In this document: piece by piece, positions 54,904 to 63,924 of the stretch | How the letters are laid out: each line of letters opens with the position of its first letter | Position numbering within the stretch: the stretch's first letter is position 1 | IMG/VR virus record: IMGVR_UViG_3300046522_000316 | Location: 224,001 to 288,000 of that record | Source of the DNA: a virus | Taxonomy: Duplodnaviria; Caudoviricetes | Strand: one strand, 5' to 3' | Length of the DNA stretch: 64,000 nt | The notes under the pieces: model-generated | Database searches by the model: none | Told to the model about the DNA's origin: nothing | The model's input: only the letters and a program-made list of their open reading frames with translations | Program-made: the position numbers and the translations under genes

Positions 54904-55094
54904 GCGCGCTTTGCCTCTTTCTTGAATTTCTTCAAGTGGCGGCGGAAACGTTTTTCGACCGACTGTTGCATCAGTTCGAAATCGGTATACACCTGCGCGT
55001 TGCGGGCCAGATCGCGACTACTGCTGATTACGTCGCGGCGACCTTGCAAGGCTTCCCCTCGAAAGCTCGACAAATTGCATTGAATAATATCCAT
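54900..55094 (-). CDS. hypothetical protein
   Basis: Co-directional ORF. Confidence 0.6.
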   Translation of the reverse strand: MDIIQCNLSSFRGEALQGRRDVISSSRDLARNAQVYTDFELMQQSVEKRFRRHLKKFKKEAKRA

Positions 55095-55123
55095 CCTTCA
55101 CTTCCTCGACTTCCGTCTACGTT

Positions 55124-55312
55124 TTACTTTTGATGTGGCCCAGCGTCGTCGAATTCCCAATTTTTCAACAGCCATTCCAATTCGGGATCGTCACGCTGGT
55201 AGCCCTGCGCTTCCATCATTTCCAGAAAGCGCGCCTGATTGTAATTGCAGAGTTCGTAACACGTGTCAGCCGCAATCTGCATTTCACGCTTCATTTGCAG
55301 GCGCCTCGACAA
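55124..55312 (-). CDS. hypothetical protein
   Basis: Co-directional ORF. Confidence 0.6.
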   Translation of the reverse strand: MSRRLQMKREMQIAADTCYELCNYNQARFLEMMEAQGYQRDDPELEWLLKNWEFDDAGPHQK

Positions 55313-55961
55313 TCGTAAAGTCGTACCAGCCGCACAAGTGTTTCACGGCGCCGGATACGTCTTCGTACATATGAGGCTCTTCGATAATCGACAGGCCTGT
55401 TTGTTTACCGAATTCACCGAGGATATATTCGAACCATGCGCGCAATTTTGCAGCACGTGGCAAATCAGGTTCCGAGGTCTGGCCGAAATAACCTTCGCCA
55501 GTTTCCATCGTGTGCATTTCCCGGCGAATCTCGCGCAGTTCATGCGTAACGCGTGCCATGGAAACCGGCCCCGGTGCAGTGCCGCGCAGACTGCCGTTCG
55601 ATTCATTCATCCAGTCCAGCACCGTGCGCCCTTCTACGCATTTGCTGCTGATTTCGAACATGTGGTCGAGGCCACCAGACGTTTGCCCGCCCAACGCCGC
55701 GCAAGGGTATTGATTGTGCCACACGCTGCCTTTCGAATCGGTCAGGATATAACCGTCGTATGCCGGTTCCGCATCTTTTTGGTCGTACTCGCCACGCACC
55801 ATGTGATGCTCGGCAACAGTCAGTTCGCGAAATTGCACAGCAGGAAAATCGCTCGGTTGCATTTCTGCGAACTTGAGCAACTTCGTGTAGAACGGATACA
55901 TGAAACCGTCTTCAATGTCGGCCCACAATACCCAAATCTTTTCACCGATTTGATGGCGCAT
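55284..55961 (-). CDS. hypothetical protein
   Basis: Co-directional ORF. Confidence 0.75.
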   Translation of the reverse strand: MRHQIGEKIWVLWADIEDGFMYPFYTKLLKFAEMQPSDFPAVQFRELTVAEHHMVRGEYDQKDAEPAYDGYILTDSKGSVWHNQYPCAALGGQTSGGLDHMFEISSKCVEGRTVLDWMNESNGSLRGTAPGPVSMARVTHELREIRREMHTMETGEGYFGQTSEPDLPRAAKLRAWFEYILGEFGKQTGLSIIEEPHMYEDVSGAVKHLCGWYDFTIVEAPANEA

Positions 55962-56402
55962 TTATTTCTTCCCCTTGCGAATTGTGAACGAGCGCGGCGC
56001 GTTCAGTTTGTCCCACTTCCGTTTTTCGAAATGCGTGAATTGTTTCGCTTCCATCCGGCGCAAATAAGCGTCGGCTGCTTCACGCGTTAAGAACGTGCAG
56101 TGCATGTTGTAGGTGTTCGGGATAATGCCGCAATCACGCAGCGACATTTGACCTTCAAACCCACTGACCTTTCCGTCACGCACCGAACGATATGTGAACA
56201 TCTGCACAGGGCCAACGGACAGCCCTACAACGTGCGGCATTGCCTTAACCAGAACTTCGGCCACGTATGCCTTTGCAACGTCTGGTGCAGGCGCATAGGC
56301 CACGTACAAACGAAAGCCCGGCAGAACTTGCGAAGGCAAAGCCCGCTGGCACATTTCGCTCACGTTGTCCGGGCGCTTGTGAAATCCGACGACGATGCCC
56401 AT
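55962..56402 (-). CDS. hypothetical protein
   Basis: Co-directional ORF. Confidence 0.7.
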   Translation of the reverse strand: MGIVVGFHKRPDNVSEMCQRALPSQVLPGFRLYVAYAPAPDVAKAYVAEVLVKAMPHVVGLSVGPVQMFTYRSVRDGKVSGFEGQMSLRDCGIIPNTYNMHCTFLTREAADAYLRRMEAKQFTHFEKRKWDKLNAPRSFTIRKGKK

Positions 56403-57112
56403 TACTGAATCCCCTGTTTGCCGTAGCGTGGGTCACGTTCGATTTCAGCGGCGAACCACGCTAGCTTTTCGTCGAAACGATCCGCGATCTTTTTCACGCA
56501 TTCCAGAAGGCGGGAATAATCGTCGCCGGTTGGCCGGGCCGATTGATCTTCAGCTTCGTTAAAATCGAAACCGAGTTCGTGGTAAGAAAATGCCATGGCA
56601 AAATCGTTGCGGTAATGCACGTGCAAATTCGTGTCGAGGAAAATCACCTTCGTGACTTCCCACAACGAATGCAGACGGAAAGTGTCACGTTCGGAAATCA
56701 GGTGGCCGTATGAGCCGCGTTGCTCGAACAAAATAACCTGCGCCATTCGTGCAAACATTTGCGAGTCTGCACGCTCTTCAGGAAAGCGACCGGGCCACAC
56801 AATGCGATAGCAGCGGATCAACTGTTCGCCACGGTCGATGGCTTCCACGATGCGCCCTACGTCGCGTTGCGTGTGGTCATCCTCATAACTGCGGGCGAAC
56901 AAATCGAGGAACGTTTTCAGTTCTTCGGCAGTGCCTTCGATGAACGCAGAACCGAAAAGCTGGCCGTGTGGATAGCCAGTGAAATTCGGCGCTTTAAGCA
57001 GCAGGTTCTTTTTAATGTCGTACATGTGCGCGATGTTCGAACTTAACCAGCTGACAACTTCGCCGTCTTTCTTGTAGCCACCACACGAAAGATCCACAAT
57101 TATTTTAGGCAT
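56402..57112 (-). CDS. hypothetical protein
   Basis: Co-directional ORF. Confidence 0.75.
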   Translation of the reverse strand: MPKIIVDLSCGGYKKDGEVVSWLSSNIAHMYDIKKNLLLKAPNFTGYPHGQLFGSAFIEGTAEELKTFLDLFARSYEDDHTQRDVGRIVEAIDRGEQLIRCYRIVWPGRFPEERADSQMFARMAQVILFEQRGSYGHLISERDTFRLHSLWEVTKVIFLDTNLHVHYRNDFAMAFSYHELGFDFNEAEDQSARPTGDDYSRLLECVKKIADRFDEKLAWFAAEIERDPRYGKQGIQ

Positions 57113-57431
57113 CGCCTTGTTCCCATTCGAGGGTTTCGGTTCCTGAAATGCCGCTGCGTGTCAGCGAATCAATCAGGATCATTACCAGCAAACCAGCTTG
57201 ATGCAATTGCACCTTTTCCGACAACTGATCGCGATGCTGGAAATCGTGAATGATGCGGATGTGAATATCGTCCAACTGATCGACGCATTTATTCAGCGTC
57301 AGAAAAATCGGCTGTTCATCAACCGGGAACATCAGCGGGTGATTGGACGGTGCGAATTTCTGCACCAACGAAAATTGTTCAGCAGTCCACGAACCAATAT
57401 CGCGACCGACTTTTGCACACGACAGCATCAT
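57105..57431 (-). CDS. hypothetical protein
   Basis: Co-directional ORF. Confidence 0.65.
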   Translation of the reverse strand: MMLSCAKVGRDIGSWTAEQFSLVQKFAPSNHPLMFPVDEQPIFLTLNKCVDQLDDIHIRIIHDFQHRDQLSEKVQLHQAGLLVMILIDSLTRSGISGTETLEWEQGDA

Positions 57432-57925
57432 GTCGAAGGTTCCTTGTTCTGTACTTTGATTGCCGGGTTAGTGGCGGGCGTCACGGTGCGTGTACGCGTT
57501 GTGGTATTTACCGGGGGATCAATGTCGTAATATTTCTTCACGTACATTGCGCCCACGGCCATGATTGCATCCCGCATCAATTTCACATGCGCAAACATGT
57601 ACGCGCCCCCGGTTGGCAATTCGACTTCAGCTTCGAATTCGGGCGTGCTGCATTTCAGTGTTTTTCCATCGCTGGAAACGTCGATGCTCATGCGCAAATA
57701 TGCAGCGACCATCATTGCATCACCGCCGTGATCATACGGATTGAATTTGACGGGGCAAATGCCGTCGTAGCCAGTCGCGTCGATCAGGGGCCGGTATACG
57801 CCCCGCACACCATTGTCGCCCATAGGTTCGAACACATCGCCCCGCAACGGCTCATAACCCACCAGACGCGCAAACTGCGCAGTGATTTGATTGGTTTCTT
57901 GAATCTTGATTACGAACTCGTTCAC
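57428..57925 (-). CDS. hypothetical protein
   Basis: Co-directional ORF; Thr/Pro-rich tail. Confidence 0.7.
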   Translation of the reverse strand: MNEFVIKIQETNQITAQFARLVGYEPLRGDVFEPMGDNGVRGVYRPLIDATGYDGICPVKFNPYDHGGDAMMVAAYLRMSIDVSSDGKTLKCSTPEFEAEVELPTGGAYMFAHVKLMRDAIMAVGAMYVKKYYDIDPPVNTTTRTRTVTPATNPAIKVQNKEPST

Positions 57926-58085
57926 GTTGCATGCTCCAACATTTTGCTAGGCCGGAAATTCCGACGCAGATAAAAAACAGGGCAGCACCCGCCAACTGCA
58001 TTTGATGCGAAAACGACGGGGCGCCGATTGAAAAACCTAACAAGCAAATTGCTAGGTTACGAAACAATAAATGAAGCAGCAGCAT
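57852..58085 (-). CDS. small two-TM protein
   Basis: Two hydrophobic segments; abuts the upstream stop. Confidence 0.5.
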   Translation of the reverse strand: MLLLHLLFRNLAICLLGFSIGAPSFSHQMQLAGAALFFICVGISGLAKCWSMQRERVRNQDSRNQSNHCAVCASGGL

Positions 58086-58340
58086 TCAGGACTTCGCCAC
58101 CAAATAATGCTCACAGGTTTTCGGGTTGTACTCGGTGCGCATTGCATTATCTAGCGCCTCTTCCAAGCTTTGCCCGGTGGCGTTCAACCATGCGCCCCGT
58201 GGATCGTGCCAAACAACGCGGTGTTCTTTGTAAACGCCGCCCCGGTCAAAATCCACATGCACGCTGGCCCAACGTTCGCGAACCGCCAGCCATTCCATGC
58301 GCCGGAGATTTTCCACATCGGTTTTGAATTGATCAGCCAT
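58086..58340 (-). CDS. hypothetical protein
   Basis: Start moved to MADQFK; RRMEWL...GQSLEEALDNAM. Confidence 0.65.
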   Translation of the reverse strand: MADQFKTDVENLRRMEWLAVRERWASVHVDFDRGGVYKEHRVVWHDPRGAWLNATGQSLEEALDNAMRTEYNPKTCEHYLVAKS

Positions 58341-59091
58341 TTTGTTTTTCCTGTTGTGCTTTACGGCGACGGTCGAATTCCGGAATGGAGATTTTGCTGC
58401 CACGTGCCGAGTGCAATGCCGCCAGACGATCCGACAGCACTTTGTGATCGTGTTCGACCAGTGCAAAGATTTCGTCGTCTTCTGCGCCCCACACGGTGCG
58501 TTTGTCGCGTTCCTCGCGCTTGGTCTTACCTTCGCGCAGCGTTTGGGCAACCTGCGTCACTGGCGACGTTACAGAGGCTTTCTGAATCGGCGGCAAGTTG
58601 AGCCAGTCAGGGCACGAACAGGCTACGCGATACATCTGCTTGCCTCTAGTGGTCAGGTACGGCATTTGCTCACGGGTGAAACCGGAATGACGTTTTTCAG
58701 TCACGCCGATAAAAATCGCCAGCAAGTCAATTCCGAAATCGAAATCCTGTTCCTGCGTTTTGGTGAACTGTGCGCGGGCCTGTGTGTAGGTAGCCGGGCA
58801 TTTACCATCAAACTGACGCTCGGCGTCCAGCGCTTTTTGCACGGCGTCCACATTTGCATAGCTGGCAACTTCTGCAAACGCGACGTAATGAGGAACGTCA
58901 GATTTGCGTTTCGGTTTACGCACAAGACACACCACAACTTTATGCGTGTGTTGGTTAATGGTCGCAACCAGTTCGCCAGTTTCCTTGTGGTGAACAGCGA
59001 CGTATTTTTCGCCGTTCTCTTTCAAGCTGTCGGCGGTGGAAAAGGTCAGCTTGTGATTCGGGAACAATGCGCGGGCGTCAGTCTGTTTCAT
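58333..59091 (-). CDS. hypothetical protein
   Basis: SD AAGGA. Confidence 0.75.
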   Translation of the reverse strand: MKQTDARALFPNHKLTFSTADSLKENGEKYVAVHHKETGELVATINQHTHKVVVCLVRKPKRKSDVPHYVAFAEVASYANVDAVQKALDAERQFDGKCPATYTQARAQFTKTQEQDFDFGIDLLAIFIGVTEKRHSGFTREQMPYLTTRGKQMYRVACSCPDWLNLPPIQKASVTSPVTQVAQTLREGKTKREERDKRTVWGAEDDEIFALVEHDHKVLSDRLAALHSARGSKISIPEFDRRRKAQQEKQNG

Positions 59092-59123
59092 GATTTAATT
59101 CCTTTACGGTTAGGATTGTGACT

Positions 59124-59163
59124 GCTGATTTATCTGCAATGCGCACCAATCTAGATGCGCATT
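59124..59163 (-). repeat. hairpin module copy 2
   Basis: AAUGCGCAUC-UAGAUU-GGUGCGCAUU then GCAGAUAAAUCAG. Confidence 0.7.
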
Positions 59164-59167
59164 AAAG

Positions 59168-59572
59168 TTAATCGTCAGAGTTAGGGTGAAAGTGATTCCA
59201 CTCGGCTTGTTCCTGCGAGCGTTCCCACTGTGCCATTGCTTCGGCGCTGCATTCGTGACAGTCAGCGTACTCAATGTCATGTTTGCAATATTCCGTCTGG
59301 TCACATTCTGCATCAATGCGCCGTTCGTATTCTTCGTCGCAGGCTTCACAGCCGTCGCCGTAAATAACACCGTGGCCGCATTTCGCTGGCGGGCTGCAAA
59401 TTTCACAGCCGTTAATTTCCTCGCCATGCTGGCAGTTATTGCAGTGATCGCAGCCGGTGCATTTATTGCTTTCGCAATTCTTGTACAGGGCTGTCGAAAT
59501 GCACGCGTCGATTTCTTCTTCGAGCGTACAGATGTTGCACAGGCCACACGGGTTTTCGTTCGTGCATTCCAT
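59168..59572 (-). CDS. Cys-rich acidic metal-binding protein
   Basis: Start MECTNE; repeated CxxC (CNIC, CDHCNNC, CEIC, CEAC, CHEC). Confidence 0.7.
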   Translation of the reverse strand: MECTNENPCGLCNICTLEEEIDACISTALYKNCESNKCTGCDHCNNCQHGEEINGCEICSPPAKCGHGVIYGDGCEACDEEYERRIDAECDQTEYCKHDIEYADCHECSAEAMAQWERSQEQAEWNHFHPNSDD

Positions 59573-59587
59573 TACATAAACCTCCGA

Positions 59588-59615
59588 ATTAAAGGGGCAC
59601 CGTTTCAGATGCCCC
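59588..59615 (-). terminator. hairpin / probable terminator
   Basis: GGGGCAUC-UGAAAC-GGUGCCCC then UUUAAUU. Confidence 0.65.
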
Positions 59616-59622
59616 CGGTTAA

Positions 59623-60204
59623 TTATTCGCTGACCTTTACCATTTTCAGAAGAACAGGCGCCAGCGGAACAATGGTGAAGTCCGTCGCGAATTTCTCCGC
59701 GAATGTTTGGCCGACCTGAAACGCGCCGTGCAACATATTCGGCGCCCATACCTGAAGCTGACATTTCTTTTCGTCAGCGGTGCCCGGCTCGAACGTGACG
59801 GCGAAATTGAAATCGCGACCTTCCGGCGTCGGTGCGTCGGAATATTCGATACCGTCCTCTTCCTTTTCTTCGACCGTGGGCACGGTGCCTTCTACTTCGT
59901 CGCACCAGTGCTGGATATCGTTCCATGCAGTCACCAGCAGCAGATAAACCGGATCGACGAATTCAGCAGGCACCACGCTTGCCACGGCTTCGCGCTCGTT
60001 CATGGTGTAGAACCGGGAGTGGTCAACGATGCAGTAGTGCGTCGGTTCACCACGGGCCGCACATTCGGCGCGCTTGATATCCATCGCGGCGCTAGCAGCG
60101 TCAGAGGCCGCTTTGTCGAACGAATTTTCGCGTGCTGCCATTGCTTCGCGAATCCATTTTGCGAATTGTACTTTGTCCATTTTCATACTTTCCTTTCTGT
60201 CCAT
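59623..60204 (-). CDS. hypothetical protein
   Basis: SD GAGGA. Confidence 0.75.
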   Translation of the reverse strand: MDRKESMKMDKVQFAKWIREAMAARENSFDKAASDAASAAMDIKRAECAARGEPTHYCIVDHSRFYTMNEREAVASVVPAEFVDPVYLLLVTAWNDIQHWCDEVEGTVPTVEEKEEDGIEYSDAPTPEGRDFNFAVTFEPGTADEKKCQLQVWAPNMLHGAFQVGQTFAEKFATDFTIVPLAPVLLKMVKVSE

Positions 60205-60219
60205 CTTTCACTTCCTCAG

Positions 60220-60435
60220 TTAAAAACGAGTGCCTACCAGTTTTGCAATAAGCGCTGGCGGGCTAATGGTTACGGTCAGCTTGCAGTAACCGCAATCGAC
60301 TTTCCACGTCGGCGGCATTGTGTGCTGCTCGCGAAAATCGCTTTCGTCACCTTGGCACGTCGCCCCGCATTTGGGGCAGGTGAAAATTAATGGCGGTGCA
60401 GATAAAACTTTCATTGCTACCTCACTTGTCCCCAA
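60220..60435 (-). CDS. Zn-ribbon protein
   Basis: CPKC...CGYC. Confidence 0.7.
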   Translation of the reverse strand: MGTSEVAMKVLSAPPLIFTCPKCGATCQGDESDFREQHTMPPTWKVDCGYCKLTVTISPPALIAKLVGTRF

Positions 60436-60584
60436 CGGTTACGAACCCTGTCGTGCCGTTTCGGTTCGCGTTTCAGTTTTTCAATTTGTTCCTGCTTGCG
60501 TTGTTCCCGCAAGTATTCTGCAAATTGACGGTCGGCCCAGTCGCGCTGTTGCTGGCGCATGTTGTCGTGCCAGAACATAATTAA
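60390..60584 (-). CDS. possible small protein
   Basis: Region needs a gene; the frame is uncertain. Confidence 0.3.
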
Positions 60585-61816
60585 ATCCCCGATGTGATAA
60601 TTGCAAAGTCACTCGGATTCAAATCGGTGTGCTGTGCAAATTTAACCAGTTCGGTAAAACCGAATCGGCCCGCCAGTTCGTCGATGATTTCGATCCGGCG
60701 TTTCATGCCCGACAATTCGTGAACTGCGGAAGCGTCGAAGTCGCACTTGCCTTCGTTTACGATGTGGTTAAAAAGGGCAACCAGACCGGGCGTAGAAACA
60801 TCCGCCAACAAATCCACGATTTCGTCTTCGTCTTCCGCGTCGATAGTTTCGCCGTCGATTTCCTCTTCCTCTTCTTCGAGGTCGTCAGGGTCACGGAACG
60901 AAGAACAGACGTTGTAGCAACTGCGGCGGCACGGGTGAACCGATTCAATCATTTCGCGAAACACACGCAGCACGTCAGATTGCGCATGCGCCACGACGTT
61001 TTCACTTTCGTATAAATCGAAAACCCGATCCGTGATTTTCAATTCGAACGCTCGCTGCAAACTGAACAATTGCTGCGTCGTGTCTTTGCCGTTGTACAGG
61101 TGCTGCATATAGCGCAGCGATTGTTTCACGCAGGCCACATAACGCACGATTACAGATACCAGCCATTCGTCTAGGCTCTTCGGCATTGCAGCGCCAGACA
61201 AACGCGCCATATCGCACAGGGCCAGAATGTGCGACTCGGAACCGACGTTGTGATCAATCACCAGCATTTCACCAACGTACAAACGGAAGCCGTTAAAGCC
61301 TTCGCTGATTTCCACCACAGCACGGGCGAACGTGGTCGCGTTGGGCACGTTGCACAGGTGAATTGCACCGTCGCTGTGAATCTGCATCACGAAACCGGCA
61401 GTGGCTTTTGTAGGCGCCAATTTCTTTTCGAGGTCGCCCATGATCAGCGACAGATTGTGCGGACGGCTGTTTTGGAATTTGACAGGCTCGCCAATTTCCT
61501 TTGCCATTTTCACCACGACCTTTTTCGGCTGCGCTACACGCGGCGCAGAATCCATCGGTTCGTGATTGGCGATATACGTTTCAATATCACGAACCGTTCT
61601 CCAACCACTCGATACGCCGCCCGGAATTTCGATTTCGAATTCCTCTTCAAGATCCATGAGGATTTCGCCAAGATCCATTCCGTTGATTTTCAGGGAATGT
61701 CTGATCGTGTCTTCCGAATCAATCGGGTGCCCGATTTTCATGCCCATGTGATCAGTAATGACGCGGCGAATGCGGTTCATTTGATCAGCGGAAACTTTCT
61801 TGCTCGGCTTAGCCAT
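60581..61816 (-). CDS. protein with an N-terminal ACP-like domain lacking the Ppant Ser
   Basis: RIRRVITDHMG...LKINGMDLGEILMDLEEEFEIEIP..WRTVRDIETYIANH aligns to AcpP; DSL replaced by NGM; start moved to MAKPSK. Confidence 0.8.
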   Translation of the reverse strand: MAKPSKKVSADQMNRIRRVITDHMGMKIGHPIDSEDTIRHSLKINGMDLGEILMDLEEEFEIEIPGGVSSGWRTVRDIETYIANHEPMDSAPRVAQPKKVVVKMAKEIGEPVKFQNSRPHNLSLIMGDLEKKLAPTKATAGFVMQIHSDGAIHLCNVPNATTFARAVVEISEGFNGFRLYVGEMLVIDHNVGSESHILALCDMARLSGAAMPKSLDEWLVSVIVRYVACVKQSLRYMQHLYNGKDTTQQLFSLQRAFELKITDRVFDLYESENVVAHAQSDVLRVFREMIESVHPCRRSCYNVCSSFRDPDDLEEEEEEIDGETIDAEDEDEIVDLLADVSTPGLVALFNHIVNEGKCDFDASAVHELSGMKRRIEIIDELAGRFGFTELVKFAQHTDLNPSDFAIITSGI

Positions 61817-61897
61817 GGTGCGAATTCCTTGATAAAGGTCAGTTTGATTTACTACTGACAAAACCCACACATGGCGGGCTTGTCTTTGTGGTGGGGA

Positions 61898-62179
61898 TTA
61901 GCGGGAATGCAGCGTGTCGAGGTCGTCGTCGGAATCGTGAAAATCTTCGTCGTCTTCCTCTTCCTCTTCCTGCTCTTCGTCCTGTTCATCGTCGTCAGGA
62001 TTATCAGGCACCATATTTTCGTACTGCGCTTCACGTTCCGCGTTGATCCGATCTTTATCGGCTTGCGGTAGTGCGTCCCATGCTGCTTTTTCCTGCGCGA
62101 TTTCTACACGGGCTTTTTCGACCAGCCGCGTTTCCTCTTCGAGGAACAAATCGCCCAGCGTTACACGTTTGTCGCTCAT
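61898..62179 (-). CDS. hypothetical protein with acidic tail
   Basis: D/E-rich C-terminus; SD GAGGA. Confidence 0.75.
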   Translation of the reverse strand: MSDKRVTLGDLFLEEETRLVEKARVEIAQEKAAWDALPQADKDRINAEREAQYENMVPDNPDDDEQDEEQEEEEEDDEDFHDSDDDLDTLHSR

Positions 62180-62208
62180 TTCGTTTTCCTCATGCGGGTT
62201 TCATTACA

Positions 62209-62232
62209 ATGGGCACTCCCTCGAATGCCCAT
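62209..62232 (-). promoter_or_regulatory. intergenic hairpin
   Basis: AUGGGCAUUC-GAGG-GAGUGCCCAU. Confidence 0.6.
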
Positions 62233-62237
62233 CAGAA

Positions 62238-62795
62238 TTAATCCTCTCGGAAATTACCGCGCACATCGCACGGCATGTACAGGGTGCGTTTCTCGCCTTT
62301 GTCGTCCGTCACCTTTTTAGCGCGGAGAACTTTGTACGGGTCGAGGCCGTACACGAAATTGTCAACGCGGCAGTGAATACGCGCCCATGCAGAACCCGGC
62401 GAATATTCTTCCCACGCCACAATTGCATCACGCAGCGATGCAAAGTCGTCGCTGTATTTGCAACTTTCCTCGCCGTCGCTTTCGTACTTGCCGGTAACGA
62501 CGCCGTAAGGAAAAGCAGCGTCTGCAAATTGCGCCAGCGTTTCGGCAGGCAACGCATTGTGACGGCTCGCCAAGTCGATCAACTTTTTGAGGTATTCGGT
62601 TTCCGTTACCAAACCATCCTGCAATTGCGTGTGCAGTTGGTTTGCTTCGGCGCCAGTGGCGATATTGAATTGCAGAACGGCCAACAGGTTCAGGTTGAAC
62701 ATTTTAACTTCCTCTATTGCGTGAGTGTGTGAATCGTGGGCGCAACTTGCCCGACTGGATTTCATTGTACCTATGCACCGACGAACGGTCAACAA
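62238..62795 (-). CDS. hypothetical protein (start probably MFNLNL near 62702)
   Basis: Co-directional ORF. Confidence 0.7.
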   Translation of the reverse strand: MLTVRRCIGTMKSSRASCAHDSHTHAIEEVKMFNLNLLAVLQFNIATGAEANQLHTQLQDGLVTETEYLKKLIDLASRHNALPAETLAQFADAAFPYGVVTGKYESDGEESCKYSDDFASLRDAIVAWEEYSPGSAWARIHCRVDNFVYGLDPYKVLRAKKVTDDKGEKRTLYMPCDVRGNFRED

Positions 62796-62808
62796 ACGAA
62801 AACAGCCC

Positions 62809-63210
62809 CTACAGGGGCCGCTTGCACTCGCTACAGCATCGTTTGAGCTTCAGGCCGTTACGACCTTGTGCCCATTGCAGAAACAGCCCTTCACGTTCGC
62901 CAAGGCCCGTTAGCACGTTGCCTATGTCGTGGGTTGCACTGGCGGCAATGGAAAGCGCTTTCGCTTCGCTGGCAGTCACCGGGTCAGGGCGCAACACCAT
63001 GTCGGTTTTCGAACGGGCCTTTGCATCGTCGCGCAATCGTTCCATTGTCGCGGCTGCTGATTTGTACCCGTAACGTTTCAGGTCAGCAATGCAGCGCGCC
63101 AACTGGTAAGCCGAAACTTCGTGAATCACGGCGTAATCGTGATTCGTCGAGAAATAATATTTCACGGTTTCATTCCTTCGGGATTTTGAAAGCCAGATGG
63201 TCACTGCCAA
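62809..63210 (-). CDS. hypothetical protein
   Basis: Ends CCSEC. Confidence 0.6.
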   Translation of the reverse strand: MAVTIWLSKSRRNETVKYYFSTNHDYAVIHEVSAYQLARCIADLKRYGYKSAAATMERLRDDAKARSKTDMVLRPDPVTASEAKALSIAASATHDIGNVLTGLGEREGLFLQWAQGRNGLKLKRCCSECKRPL

Positions 63211-63853
63211 TCCACGTGCCGTTCGTGGCCGACAGATATTCTATCGTGTTGAATTTGCCGTCGATCAACTGGCGCGGATTTACCACCACGACATAATCTA
63301 GGCCGGGCATGTAATAGTTTACAGTTTTGAACATGCGCTGAAGGTCGAAGCCGAGAACGGATTCCATGACGGGCGATTCTGGATAAAGAAACATCACCCG
63401 GTAAAAACCATCCTGCCCCAAAATGCCGGGCAGCGTAGCAATCGAACAATCCAGCGTTTCATTTACTTGCAGGTCTACGCCATCCTTTAAAACGTCGAGG
63501 CGCATAATTGTACGACCGTTGCGCAACGCGGTTGCCAATTGATCAAGCCACGGCTCGTTTTGCGTCACGGTGTTGTGCGTGCCCGTGCGATAGTGGAATG
63601 ACAAATCAGGACTGCGCAGCGTCACGCAGTAATCGTTATGTTCCATCCATGCACAGAAAATGTGGTGGTGTGCTTTGGCCCAAATTGGCGCAGTGTCGAT
63701 TCCGTAAACCTGCGCGATACGCAGATGCGCACGGAAACCAAAAAGTGCCGCGATCAAATACATCAGCGACGGCAGCACGTATTTAACGAAAACGAAAAGC
63801 AGGGCAGCAGTGCCCAAAACTTTTAGAATCGTGGACATAATCTCGGTGGTCAT
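63170..63853 (-). CDS. membrane-anchored protein
   Basis: N-terminal hydrophobic segments; SD GAGGA. Confidence 0.75.
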   Translation of the reverse strand: MTTEIMSTILKVLGTAALLFVFVKYVLPSLMYLIAALFGFRAHLRIAQVYGIDTAPIWAKAHHHIFCAWMEHNDYCVTLRSPDLSFHYRTGTHNTVTQNEPWLDQLATALRNGRTIMRLDVLKDGVDLQVNETLDCSIATLPGILGQDGFYRVMFLYPESPVMESVLGFDLQRMFKTVNYYMPGLDYVVVVNPRQLIDGKFNTIEYLSATNGTWIGSDHLAFKIPKE

Positions 63854-63891
63854 CTTCTACTTCCTCAGTTGTGAATCGGATTTCATCCCGT

Positions 63892-63917
63892 TGCACACTC
63901 TAGCATCAGAATGTGCA
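63892..63917 (-). promoter_or_regulatory. intergenic hairpin
   Basis: UGCACAUUCU-GAUGCU-AGAGUGUGCA. Confidence 0.6.
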
Positions 63918-63924
63918 GCAGTGA

